This document shows positions 1 to 11,404 of a DNA stretch of 64,000 nt, one piece after another (the first letter of the stretch is position 1; each line of letters begins with the position of its first letter). The stretch covers positions 160,001 through 224,000 of the forward strand of contig CAWCPV010000003.1 in assembly GCA_963797555.1 (NCBI GenBank), written 5' to 3'. Position numbers and translations under genes: made by a program. The notes under the pieces were generated by a model that did no database searches, had not been told where the DNA came from, and worked only from the letters and a program-made list of their open reading frames with translations. The stretch is from an uncultured Gammaproteobacteria bacterium (GTDB lineage Bacteria; Pseudomonadota; Gammaproteobacteria; CAWCPV01).

Positions 1-319
1 GCCGGTAACGCTCCGGCGTGCGCTCGATCTCGGCGTAGAGCTGTTGAGTAACGTCTTTGGTATCCGTCATCGTGATCCACGTGGGCGAAGTGTCGGGGGA
101 TAGGCAATCCACTGGCCCTAGGCTGTGAGGAGTGTAGTGTCGGCGGCGCAGAGCGGTCAAGGCGCGGGAAAGAGTGGTATCGGTCGAGAAGGCGAGGGGT
201 TGAGTGCGCGAGGCAGCACGCAGGGCGGTGCCCGCGGTGGCGATCCGCTCGCCGCCGCCGGCTGACCAACGCTAGGCCAGCCGGCTTGACGGTCTCCGGC
301 GTGAAGGTATGATATTGAG

Positions 320-601
320 CGTGAGCAGACCGGCCTTCGCCCGGTGCTTATCTTGAGTCAGGATGTCTTTAACGAGCGCTCGGGCACGGTCATCGCCATG
401 GCCATCACCAGCCAGCCGCAACGAGCAGGCTTCCCGCTGACCCACGAACTGAATACGGCGACCTTGCCAAAACGCTCCTGGGTCAAGATAAGCCAAGTTC
501 GAACCCTGGCAGTTGAGCGTATCGGTAAGCGGGTGGGAGCGGTCGCACCGGAAGAGTTAGCGCAAGTCATCGAGGGCCTTAATGAAATCATTGGAGCTTA
601 A
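320..601 (+). pseudogene. mazF: PemK/MazF-family toxin, 5'-truncated
   Basis: Frame reads REQTGLRPVLILSQDVFNERSGTVIAMAITSQ...KISQVRTLAVERIG; in-frame TGA at 302-304 removes the normal N-terminus; no antitoxin upstream. Confidence 0.8.
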
Positions 602-651
602 CCAATAAGGATTGAGGCGACCCGAAGGGTCGTTTCAATCCAGCGTTCAAG
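596..651 (+). other. attC-like palindromic site or terminator hairpin after mazF
   Basis: GCTTAAC (RYYYAAC) overlaps the mazF stop; hairpin GGATTGAGGCGACCC-GAA-GGGTCGTTTCAATCC; ends GTTCAAG (imperfect GTTRRRY). Confidence 0.4.
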
Positions 652-882
652 ACGCCTGGTGGGTGCGTTGGGTCTTTTTAACAGCAAGGGGGGATTGCTT
701 CAGCGGCGGCTTAAGCTCTTACGGCGGCGCAGGGGCCGCGCGTTGTTTCGCCCGCTGGTTGGGGCGGGCCGGTATGCGCCGGATTGGCCACCCCCCTGGG
801 ACGAGTGGATAGGGCAACGTGCCGATCCAAGTCAAACGATGAAGGTGTGCACAGGCAGAGCCTGCTTACCAGTTGAAGGTGC

Positions 883-2681
883 TTGGGTCTTCGCGGGAGA
901 GAGGCCATGCTCGACGATCTGATCCGGCGCCAACGGCTTCAAGCCCTTGCCGGCAGCACTGCATTCGAGCGCGGCGAGGCATACTTCCGCGACGGTCGGG
1001 TGGAGGTCGTAGCCGACGAGGATGACGAGCTGGCCGGGTCCGTGGAGGGCGGCGAAGTCTACGGCGTCCGGCTTCGCGCGGAACGCGGGGACCTGCGCTG
1101 GAGCTGCACCTGCCCGGCGGGCGAACGCGGGGAATTCTGCAAACACGCGGTGGCTCTTGCCCTGACACGGTTCGCCAAAGACGGGGGACACCCTGCTGCC
1201 GAGGGGGAGTCGGGCGATGAGCATTCCGAGGAGCCGCCTGCCGTAGAGCCCGCGTCGAAGAAGAAGCGGGGTGGCACAGAGGCGAAGCTGCGCGCCTTCC
1301 TGGAGGCTCAGGACGATGTCCGGCTGGTGGACTGGCTCTTGGAAGCCGCCCGCTCCGACCGGGCCTTGCGGGAGCGGCTGCTCCTCGCCGCGACTGCCGG
1401 CAGCGGTACCGCGGCGATGCGGAAAGTCGTCACCCAAGTCACCCGTACCCACGGCTTCGTGGACTATCACGAGATGCCGAGCTATGCCCAGCGCGTGGAG
1501 GAAATGATCGACGGCCTGGAGAAGCTGCTCGACAGCGGACACGCGGCCGACCTGATAGATCTCTGCGAGTATGCCGTCGACCGCCTGGAAGAGACGCTGC
1601 GGTCCTGCGACGATTCCGACGGCTACATGGGCGAGCTGCTCGGGCGGCTGCGGCGGCTGCATCTGCGGGCCTGCGAGGGGGCCCAGCCCGACCCGGTGGC
1701 ATTGGCCCGTCGCCTGTTCGGCCGGGAGACCACCGAGGAGTGGGACACCTTCATCGACATCGTGGACGATTATGGCCCGGTATTGGGAGAAGCGGGCCTC
1801 GCCGAGTACGAGCGTCTCGCCCGCGCGCAGTGGGACAAGCTGCCGGCATTGAAACCGGGCGACCAGAGTCGGGACCCCTCGGGGGCGCGTTTCGCCATCA
1901 CGGGCATCATGGAGCGGCTGGCCGCACGCTCCGGCGATCCCTTGGCCCTGGTGGAGGTGAAGAAGAAGGATCTTCCAGCCCTTACCATTTTCTGGGCATC
2001 GCCGAGATCTTCCGCGAGGCCGCACGACACGACGACGCCCTGTCCTGGGCCGAGCAGGGGCTTGCCGAGTTTAAGGGCAGTCCCGACTGGCGGCTGGAGG
2101 ATTTCTTGGTCGAGGAGTACGCGCGGCGCGAACGCTGGGAAGACGCCATGAATCTCGCCTGGACGCAGTTCGCGCGGTGGCCGGACGCCGAGGGCTACAA
2201 GAAGCTGGTGGGCCGCGCCCGGCGGGCGGGATCTCTGGAGCGCTGGCGCACGAAGGCCCTGGAGGCGCTGCGCGGGACCATCGCCGAAGCCCATAGTCGT
2301 ATGCAAGCGGCTTACCGAGGCCGCACCACCCTTGCCGACCACACCGCCCTCGTCGAGATCTTCCTTTGGGAAAAGGACCTCGATGCGGCGCTGGCCGAGG
2401 CGCAGACCGGCTCCGTCCAGATCCCCTCTCTCCTGAAGCTCGCCGAATCACTGAGCCCCACCCGCCCTCTGGAGGCCGTGACTCTCTATCAGCGTGCGGT
2501 CGAGCCCATCATCGAACAGAAGAAAAATGATGCGTACCGGCAGGCAACAGCCATCATCCGCACGGTGGGGAACATTCTCAAGGCGCATGACAAGGCGCAG
2601 GAGTTCGGCGCGTGGCTGGGTCGAGTGCGGCTCGCCCACAAGCCGAAGCGCAATTTGATGAAGCTGCTGGACGGGCTCTGA
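883..2681 (+). CDS. SWIM zinc-finger domain protein, one frameshift near 1975
   Basis: FERGEAYF and WSCTCP...FCKHAVA SWIM motif in ORF 883..2151; reading continues as SSPYHFLGIAE...HKPKRNLMKLLDGL in ORF 1740..2681. Confidence 0.8.
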
Positions 2682-2817
2682 TCCGCGCAGACCCGCTGCG
2701 CAGCGTTCTTACCGCCGTAACTCAACACCAACCATTTTGACAGCCACCGGGGAGAACGCGTGGAGAACGCGGTGCTGCCCTGTTCCGACCTGACGAGGGC
2801 CTACCGGGAGGTCCTAA

Positions 2818-3953
2818 GGAGCCTGTCGGACTTAAGGTAAAAACGCGGGTGTTGCAACGCCTCAAGGGGGGAATCTTGACCATGTGGCTCGGGTATTGGT
2901 GAGAAGCTATCCTTTTTTGCTTGGTAAGACCCTTCCCGTGCCTTCTTTTTACCCGTTCAGGGGGGTGCTGGGTGATGTGCTGCTCCACGATGAGATGCGT
3001 CTCGACATCCACCCCGGCCTGCACGTTGTAAGCCTGTTCGAACCCTCCACTGGAGGTGGGCATGATGCGTGATTCTTCATCCGTCAGATTGACCGGGTCC
3101 TTGGCCTGCGGGCCGGGTGTCGGAGGAGTCGGCGCCTTGCCCCGAGCCTTCTTGCCGGTGTGTTTCTCATAGACCTCGCGCTTGGCCTGCTTCTGTTCGA
3201 ACTCCGCCTGCTCGCGCTCAAAACGCGCCTGCGCCCGGGTCCGGATCTCCTCTTTCGCCCGGGCAATCGCCGCCAGTCGCTCTTCGCGACGCTTGAGCTC
3301 GGCGGGAATATCCATCTCCTCCGCCAGTGAGCTCCGGTCGGCCTGCTCGGCAAGGCGCATCAGGGCTTGCACTTCCTCCTGAAGCTGCGCCTCGAGCCGG
3401 TTCGCGTACTCCCAACTCAGCGCCTTATGCTTGCTGGCGTTTGCTTTGACCTTGCTCCCATCCAGCGCAATCGTGCCCAGCTTCACCAGCCCCATCTCTG
3501 CCGCCACCAGCAGAATCTCGACAAACAGCCCCTCCAGCTCCTTCAGAAACCGCCTGCGGAATTGCGCGATGGTGTCATGGTCCGGGTGCGTGTTGGCACA
3601 GATATACCGAAACGCGACCGAATCATGGGTCGCCTTCTCCAGCTTGCGACTGGAAAACACCCCCGTGGCATAGCCGTAGAACAGCAACACCACTACCATC
3701 GCCGGGTGGTCGGGCTTCGACCCCTTGCCCCCGTACACCGCCGACAGATGCCTCAGGTCCAACTGCTCCACAACCTCGACCACAAATCGAGCCAAATGCC
3801 CTTCCGGTAGATAGTCCTGCACGCAAGGCGGGAAAATATACGGGGTATCGCGGTCTATCGGGATGAATTCAACAACCATCTTGCTCCCCAGGCGGTGGCC
3901 TTCTACAGTGCGCCTATTCTACCCCCGAGTTGGCTCCAAGTCCGACAGCCTCC
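2818..3953 (-). mobile_element. IS1182-family element with internal deletion
   Basis: Terminal inverted repeats GGAGCCTGTCGGACTT (2818-2833) and AAGTCCGACAGCCTCC (3938-3953), 15/16 match; encloses a transposase fragment. Confidence 0.85.
2960..3879 (-). pseudogene. IS1182-family transposase, C-terminal part missing
   Basis: LPEGHLARFV, FSSRKLE, HPDHDTIAQFRRRF, IALDGSKVKANASKHK, VNLTDEESRIM, QAYNVQ; recognisable similarity stops after EQHITQHP. Confidence 0.85.
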
Positions 3954-4213
3954 TAGCGTGGGCAATGGCGAGCCGGTTGCGATCCATCTGAAGGCCGACG
4001 CCGAGATTCGGAAGAGGTTGGTCCGCTCTTGGAGAGCCAGTTCGAGACGCTCGAAGAGCCAGAGGACGCCATGGCCGTTCCGGCCGGGTGGCGCCCCCAG
4101 ACCAGGTAGTCAAGTTAATGCGCACCTCTTGGCGGGCATGAAAGGCTGGATGCCCAAAACAACCCGCTGCAGCCGACCCGGCTGTGGCCCGAAGGCGGTG
4201 GCGTGTCCGGCCT

Positions 4214-4969
4214 TCAGTCCGCGACGAGCCGGCGCGACTTCTTCAGATACAGAGCGGTTCCCCAGAGAATCGTCGCGGCGGCCACGATGGTGATGAACAT
4301 GCACACGTAGGGACCATCGCCGACCCACGTGCGGTCCTGCGCCCACAGGTTCCAGGTCCCAAGCACGGAGATGCCGGAGATCCAGCCGAACGGGGTGCCG
4401 TACTCCTTCACGATCAATCGCTTCCAGCGCAAGCTCATGCCGCCGATGGGCTTGCGCATGCCGCCGAGCCGAGGCAGCCACCGGGGCACGTCGCGGCAGT
4501 AGGCGGCAAACGCCGTGCCGAACTTGCCGCGCAGATAGTGCTCCTCGGCCGCGATGATCGCGACGTAGATGAACGTGAACAGGGGCACGGCCACTGTCAC
4601 GCAGTCCCACGAGTTCGAGGTGATCGCCACGCCGAGCAGGATCAGCAGGTTCCCGACGTAAAGTGGGTTGCGTGAATGGCGGTACAGGCCGTCGGTGACC
4701 AAGTCCTTGGCGTAGACGCGCCGGTTCCGGCCACCGCGACTCACGTACTTGAACCCAAAGCCAATCGTCGCGCCGCGAACGAGTTGGCCCAGCCCCGCGA
4801 CGGAGAAGCCGAGTAGCGCGGCCGCTAGCGTCGAGGCGAAAAGCCGCGGCCCCGGCAGGAGCGCGAGCGAGAACATAAGGGGGAACAGAAAGTTCCGCCA
4901 GTGGAACCAGAAGTTGCCGACGGCAACAAGCGGTCCGGGGCGGGTCGCCGTCGCGGGGGAGGCATTCAT
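4214..4969 (-). CDS. isoprenylcysteine carboxyl methyltransferase (ICMT/PEMT) family membrane protein
   Basis: LVTDGLYRHSRNPLYVG and EEHYLRGKFGTAFAAYCRDVPRW motifs; several hydrophobic helices. Confidence 0.85.
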   Translation of the reverse strand: MNASPATATRPGPLVAVGNFWFHWRNFLFPLMFSLALLPGPRLFASTLAAALLGFSVAGLGQLVRGATIGFGFKYVSRGGRNRRVYAKDLVTDGLYRHSRNPLYVGNLLILLGVAITSNSWDCVTVAVPLFTFIYVAIIAAEEHYLRGKFGTAFAAYCRDVPRWLPRLGGMRKPIGGMSLRWKRLIVKEYGTPFGWISGISVLGTWNLWAQDRTWVGDGPYVCMFITIVAAATILWGTALYLKKSRRLVAD

Positions 4970-4985
4970 GGAGTTGGGGCTCGCG

Positions 4986-5685
4986 TCACTTGATCGCGAC
5001 GATGCCGCAGAAGTTGTACCACTTGAAGAACGCTGCGATATACCGAAAGCCGGTCCGGAGCAGCAGTTCGCGGTTCTCAAGGAGTTTGTACGGGATCAGC
5101 ACATTCTCGAGTGCCTCGCGCTTCTGGACGATCTCCATCTCCGTATATCCGTTGCGGCGTTTCATGTCATAGTAGTACTTGATGAACAGTCGGTTGAAGT
5201 GCGAGTCCTCGCCGAGCACCTTCTCGACGAGGATCAGCGCGCCGTTGGCGCGCAGCCCGCCGAAGATATCCGCGAGCAGTCACCATGAGTGCTAACGACG
5301 CGTTCTCGATCTTCATGCCCTGGTTGAGGTCGAGGTACTGGATCTCGATCGGGCGCTTGAAGCCAAACCGGTGGAGCTTCTCTCGGCACTTGACCAGCAT
5401 CTCCTCGGAATTGTCGATGCCAACGAACATCGCGTCGCGCGGAACGGCGGGGTCAAGCGCGAGCATCGTGGTTCCCGTCGAGCAGCCCAAGTCGTAGACG
5501 CATCTGCTGGGCGTGACGATGTCGGCTGCCATTTCGCCGATCATCCGCTGAATCTCCGCGTAGAACGGCACCGAGCGGGCGACCATGTCGTCGAAGACGC
5601 CGGCCACCTCGACGGTGAACCGAAAATCGGCTACCACGTCCTTCTCCTCGCGGAACACCTCGTCGCGTGGCGCCTGCTCGATCAT
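4986..5685 (-). pseudogene. cmoA: carboxy-SAM synthase CmoA, disrupted by a short deletion/frameshift near 5280
   Basis: DFRF...VFDDMVARSVPFY, YDLGCSTG, IDNSEEM in one frame; EKV...EIVQKREALENVL...FFKWYNF in another; the LQF segment is absent at the junction. Confidence 0.85.
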
Positions 5686-6266
5686 GCGTGGGTTAGAAAG
5701 CCTATTCGGAAGAAAAGCAAAACAAGCCGCTCTTTTGAGTGCGAAACTGTATCGCAGGGCCACCTAGCGGTCAATCCTGACAAGCCCAAGCTCGTAATGT
5801 CACCGATCGGGGTCGTAGGGGGTTGTGGAAACGCGGCGGTTATGGGAATCGGACTGAGATCCCCTGGAAGACCGGTGGAAAAAGCCACCGAACCCCAAGG
5901 CTGTCCGCGCGCCGCATTTCTATTCGACCGTGCACCCGACCATCGTGGTGGTAGCCCCTCTATCGATGCGGTGCGACCTGCTACAACTATAACCGCGTGT
6001 CTGTGAGCGGCAGTCAAGGCCCAAACGCCAAGGCCTCGGAATCGGTCTCCTGATAGCAGTGAGCACTCTCACAAAATCAGGTCGGACGTGTCCACTTGAT
6101 TTCGGAGCCAAGACAGCCACGATGGGTGCCCAAACGCGTTCAACAGCGCCCGACCCCGGATACGCCCCCTGTACTCCGCCTCCAAGTTTTTTTGGATTTC
6201 CTATCCTCAATGGAGACACCTGCCGCCCCCGTTTCCCGTGCGAGGAAACGGGGGCGAGGACCTCCG

Positions 6267-6878
6267 TCAAGACGATTTGGGTGCTGGAGGCCGAACGTCG
6301 ATCGCGACCGCTTCGGTATAAGTGATCACCACCTGATCGTTCACTTTAAGCCGATCGAAATGCTCGACCTGGGGGCCGGCCTTGATCCACTTGGTGGAAC
6401 CGTCCGGCCACTTCAGGAGGACCTTCCGCTGCTTCGCCTTGATCTTCAGGATCTGCGCCGAGACCTGGATCGAGTGGGCGACGATGCCGCCTGGCATCTG
6501 TCCTTTCGGTGCAACGGCCACCAGGCCGCCTCCTTCCGCGCTGGGTGTTTCTCCCGGTCCGACGACGGAAATTGCCACCGAATCCAGATAATCCACTTGA
6601 ACGATATCCCCGACCTTCACCTGGGGCAAATTGACGGCCGACTTATCGACGGTCAGGGTCACCTTGTTGCCGTTTGGTTTTTCCAGCGTGACTTTGCGGG
6701 TGGCGAGATCAACGGCCAGCACCTTGGCCTGAAGGGTAACCAGGTCCGTCACCACACCGCCAGGGATAACCACGGCGGGACTGGCTGGTGCCGTCGGGGC
6801 GGTGCCCGCAGGCTCCTCCGCGCAGGCCGGCAAAGCCGCTGCCATCAAACCAACTGCCATCCAAACTCCTACTTTCAT
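6267..6878 (-). CDS. exported hypothetical protein with two internal OB-fold-like repeats
   Basis: Signal peptide; repeats AKVLAVDLATRKVTL..VKVGDIVQVDYLDSVAISV and AQILKIKAKQRKVLL..LKVNDQVVITYTEAVAIDV; AGGAG RBS. Confidence 0.75.
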   Translation of the reverse strand: MKVGVWMAVGLMAAALPACAEEPAGTAPTAPASPAVVIPGGVVTDLVTLQAKVLAVDLATRKVTLEKPNGNKVTLTVDKSAVNLPQVKVGDIVQVDYLDSVAISVVGPGETPSAEGGGLVAVAPKGQMPGGIVAHSIQVSAQILKIKAKQRKVLLKWPDGSTKWIKAGPQVEHFDRLKVNDQVVITYTEAVAIDVRPPAPKSS

Positions 6879-7677
6879 GTGCCGCTTCTCCTTTGGTTCG
6901 TTGACTGGCCGTTGACTACACCTTCATTTCTGAAAGCCTGGTTCACTTAACCCAGTAGCATTAGATTAGATCCAGTAGCATTCTGACCTCCTGACACTAA
7001 AAGACCTCATGCGTGCGGAGCCGTTAGTGGGCTGCTCGCGAACGAGGGTGTCGCGGGGCCGCCCCTCGCCCAAGCCACATCGGGGCCCCGTCGCGCTTGT
7101 CTCGCGCCGAGTTCACCCCTGTACTCAAGCCGAGGCGGGCACACGCCCGCCGTACCGCCATGAATGCCTCTACCGCCGCCCCACACTCTACCGAGGGTAT
7201 GGCTTGGCCGGGGTTCGGAACCCTCCCGCGCGCCTGCCCGTACTGCGGGGAAAGCCGCATCATCGCCTCACGGCTAGCCCTCACGGCTAGCGGAGCCACG
7301 CGTGTTGGGGCGCAGCTTGGCTCGAATTGGAGGCGCAGTCAAGTCTGGTGTACGGGCGTTGGCTGAATGGCTGAATCAGCCGGCGATCCGGTTGGGTTCC
7401 TTGCTCGCCGCAGGCACGCCGTTTATGAGATGCACCGTGTTTGTGCCTGCAGCAACCGCCCAAGACATAGGCAACCGTGGTGAACGGCACCCCAGACCTT
7501 AGATACCATGCCCTCTGTACTCCACGTGTCATGCCCCCTATACTCTGCCACACGCTGTTCCTCGGGCAGTTGAATTCCTCCTCAATCCCCTACCCTCTCG
7601 CCGGCAGCTCTATGCGCCATGTAAGGGACGGCATGCGCAGCGGTCACGACGAGGCCCGCGACCGTCGCGGGGCCTCC

Positions 7678-8367
7678 ATGGAGCTCGTGTTGAGGGGCGA
7701 CCGACTGCCGAAGTTCGGCCTGCTCCTCGCACTGATGGTCGCCGACCTGACGCTGGCCCCTTTCATCGCCATGCTGCCGCGAGGGGCTGCTCTGGTCCAG
7801 GTGCTTACGTTGCTCGTCCTTTTGGCGGCGCTGGGCGTCGCAGGTTTGCGGCGCATCGCCGTCGTCCTGTTCGCCGTGGCACTGCTCTCGCACGTCGCGT
7901 CGAACGTGCTGGGGGGCTCGTCCCTCGCCGTCGCGTCGCCGGCGTTCCGCCTCGTGTTCCTGGCCTACGTGTTGGGGCTCGTCGTTGGACGGGTGCTGGC
8001 CGATCGTATCGTGAGTTTGGATACCATCGCGGGCGCGGCGTCCGCGTACGTGCTGCTCGGAGCCGTTTGGGGCAATCTGCTGCTGGTGGTCGAGCAACTG
8101 CAGCCGGGGTCCTTCCACGTGCCGATCGCGTGGACGCAAGGTCCCGGTCACACGCTGACAGCGGCGCTGATGTACTTCAGCTTCGCCACTCTCACCACCG
8201 TGGGATACGGGGACATCCACCCGAACAACGCCGCAGCGGGGAGCCTGTGCGCCGCCGAGGCGCTGGTCGGTCAGCTCTACCTGGCGATCATGATCGCTCG
8301 GATGGTCGGCCTGCACACGTCGGGCCACGCGACCGACGAGCGGGGCACGCCGGGGGAGGGGCCGTGA
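7678..8367 (+). CDS. potassium channel family protein (Ion_trans_2)
   Basis: YFSFATLTTVGYGDIHP selectivity filter; multiple TM helices; start codon uncertain. Confidence 0.85.
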   Translation: MELVLRGDRLPKFGLLLALMVADLTLAPFIAMLPRGAALVQVLTLLVLLAALGVAGLRRIAVVLFAVALLSHVASNVLGGSSLAVASPAFRLVFLAYVLGLVVGRVLADRIVSLDTIAGAASAYVLLGAVWGNLLLVVEQLQPGSFHVPIAWTQGPGHTLTAALMYFSFATLTTVGYGDIHPNNAAAGSLCAAEALVGQLYLAIMIARMVGLHTSGHATDERGTPGEGP

Positions 8368-8553
8368 CCGCAGGCCTTGGGGAACCCGGCCCTCGGGGAA
8401 CCAGCGAAGCAGTCCGTCGTCGCGGCAGGAGATGACTCCGGAGCGTTCCGCGCAGTTGCATCCAGACTCGGCCATCCATGCCTTACTCGCCACGACCAAC
8501 GCTGCGCCTCCCTGATACCCACTGAGAATCCTTGCATCGAACGGCTCCGTCGC

Positions 8554-9147
8554 TCAGCGGCGCGTGCCTGCTGAGGCGCGGATCGCGGCGGCGATGTCGG
8601 CGCTCACCTTCGCCAGCGCGCGGCTGTGCGCGGCGGCGAGCGCGTCGAAGCCTTCGCCCTGCACGGCCTCGCGGGCGATCGTGCGGCCCGAGCGCGTGTT
8701 CCCGCCCGCCGTCTTGCGCACCGCCCACACCGCATCGACGAGCACCGACCTCGCCCTGGACCGACTCGAAGCGCTGGACGTTGATCGTGACCCGGTAGGC
8801 CGGATTGAAGTTCGCGAGCGGCGCTGCCGCCACGTCCGGCGTTCCGAGCAGCACCGCGAGGTCGCCGGCGACGGCGCGCGCGATGCCGTCGTTCAGCGGC
8901 GCGGCCCAGCGGTTGAACTCGTCGATGTCGACGCGGTTCGGCGCGACCTGGACCACGAACTCCGGCCGGTCGACCGATGCGGGGACGGACACCGGCCCGA
9001 CGAGGACGGCGTAGCGCGCCGCCGGCGCGTCGCCCGCCGTCGCCGTGGAATCGAGGGTGTAGAACCGCGACGGCGCCGTGGCGCAACCGGCTGCTGCCAG
9101 CCGCGACGAACGCGATCGAGAATCAGATGCGTGAGACGGCTCGCCAT
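8554..9147 (-). CDS. pqiC: PqiC-family lipoprotein, frameshifted
   Basis: AAGCATAPSRFYTL lipobox, GPVSVPASVDRPEFV, RWAAPLNDGI split over frames; ATG overlaps the pqiB stop. Confidence 0.75.
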
Positions 9148-10769
9148 CACTTCGCCTCCCCGGTCTTGCCGCGAATGAGCGCCTCGGGATGGCGCTCGAG
9201 ATAGTCCGCGAGCACGCGCAGACCCGCGGGCCGCGCGGCTCACCTCCTGGAGCGTGTTGCCCAGCTCCGCGCCCAGCACGGAGTTCGGCTCGACGAGCTT
9301 GTCGGCGTTGTTCGACGAGCGTGCGCGCGCTGTCGAGCGTGCCGCTCGCGCTCGGCGAGGGCCTGCGCGCATCGTCGCCGAGCGCCTGACGCACCTGGTC
9401 GAGCTTGAGGAGGCTCTGCATCGTCGCCGATCGCCTTGTACGGCACCTCGTCGAGCTTCTTGATGATACTGGCGACGCTCGCCTCGATCGCCTGGAGCTC
9501 GCCCGGAATGGTCGGCAACTGCACCGGCTTCTGCGACCAATCCACCGTCACCGGGGGCGCGTCGGGAAAGAAGTCGAACGCCACGAACAGTGCCCCGGTC
9601 AGCAGGTTCCCCGATCCGCAGCTGCGCCCGCACTCCGTGCGCCACCAAGGTGTCGATCAACTTCCTGCGGATGGCCGCGAATCCTGCGCCGGGCTCCAGG
9701 TCGACGATCTTGACCCCGAGCCGCGTCGCGTCCAAGCCGGATGGTCACCGGCGCCGAGAACTCGAAGGTCTTCGCGTCGACTTGTGCGCTGACATCGACG
9801 ACCTCGCCGACTGGAATGCCGCGGAACTCGACCGGCGCGCCGGGCGCCAGCCCGCGCACCGAATTGCTTGAAGACCAGCACGATAGGTCTGCGGATCGCG
9901 GGCGGGCAGCTTGAAGGCCTCGGCCCGGTCGCTGAACAGGGTGAAGACCGTGTCCGCCTCGGCCGCCGGCAGGACCGGGCCGGTCGCGGGCGTCTCGAAG
10001 GCGATGCCGCCGACCAGGATGGACAGCAGCGACTGGGTCTGCACCGTGAGGCCGCTCGCGGAGAGCGACACGTCGATCCCGCTCGCGTGCCAGAAGCGCG
10101 TGTTCGGCGTGACGTACTGGTCGTAGGGCGCCTTCACGAACACCTTGACGGTCGAGGCCTGGCCGTCCTTGTCGAGCTCGTACGACGCGACCTTCCCGAC
10201 CTGCAGCCGCCGGAAGTAGATCGGCGTGCCGCTGTCGAGCGAACCCAGGTTCGGGGCCTTCAGCAGGAAGAAGCGGCCGGGAGTATCGCCGGTGACCACC
10301 GGCGGCGTGTTCGAGCGCCACGAAGTCGCGCTTCTTCTCCTTCGAGTGGCCGATCTCCATGCCGATGTAGGCGCCGGAGATGAGGGTGCCCAAGCCCGTC
10401 ACGTTGGCGCCCGAGATGCGCGGGCGCACCACCCAGAACTTCGTATCGTCGACGAGGAAGCCTTCCGTCTTGGGGGCCATCTGCGCGGTGGTGATCACGA
10501 CGCTGGTGATCATCCGAGAGCCGGATCGTCGTGAGGGTGCCGACGTCGACGCCGTTGTAGTGGATCTTGGTCTTGCCGGCCTCGAGTCCCTCGGCCGACT
10601 GGAAGACGATGGTGATCTCGGGCCCCTCGCCGAGGATGCTCGTCACGGCGACCCAGGCGCCGACGATCGCCGCGACGATCGGGATGATCCAGACGAGGGA
10701 GAGCCGCGTGCGCTTCTTGGGGATGGCTCTCGACTCGGGGACTCGGGCGGGTCTGTCGCTCTCAGGCAT
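9147..10769 (-). CDS. pqiB: PqiB / MlaD (MCE) multidomain protein, several frameshifts
   Basis: LSLVWIIPIVA, AEGLEAGKTKIHYNGVDVG, TKFWVVRPRI, GSLDSGTPIYFRRLQVGKV in ORFs 10260..10769, 9599..10513, 9745..10299, 9240..9584. Confidence 0.85.
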
Positions 10770-11404
10770 GTCGAACCTCTTTCGAGCTGGCGGAATCCCA
10801 GATCAGCCGCGGGTCGAAGGACTCGACCGCGAGCATCGTCAGCACCACCACCGCCGCGAAGAAGAACAAGCCGGGCCCCGGCTCCACCGACATGAGCGGC
10901 TGGAGCTGCACCAGGGCGGCGGTGAAGGTGTCGACGAACACGTCGACCATCGACCAGCGTCCGATGAACTCGACCATCCGGTAGAGCCGGCCGCGCTGCT
11001 CGTTGCTCTCGACCGAGCCCCGCTGCACGCTGATGAGCAGGTAAGCCAGCGCCAGGATCTTCGCGCTCGGGATCATGATGCTGGCGACGAGCACGATGAG
11101 CGAGAGCGGCCATCCGGTCGGCGACCAGAGGAGCACGACGCCTTGCAGGATGGTGTCGGACTCGGCGCCCGCGGGCGTGGTCGTCGTCAGCACCGGGAGG
11201 ACGTTGGCCGGGACGTAGCAGATCGCCGCGGCGATCAAGAAGGCCCAGGTGCGCTGGAGGCTGTCCGTGCTTGCGGAAGACGAGCGCCTCGTCGCAGCGC
11301 GGGCAGCGCCCTTCGTCCTCGCCGGCTGCGGGACGCGAGAGCAGGCCGCAGGCCTCGCAGCTCTGCAGGCCCTGCTGCATCGCGGTCACGGCGGCCGCGC
11401 TCAC
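10762..11404 (-). CDS. pqiA: paraquat-inducible protein A, second gene, frameshifted
   Basis: CEACGLL..RCPRCD, YVPANVLPV, EFIGRWSMVDVFV, SFDPRLIWD. Confidence 0.85.

Noticed and set aside
5770-6260. Intergenic stretch examined for ncRNA or IS ends
   Set aside because: No recognisable RNA motif, repeat pair or coding signal by eye.
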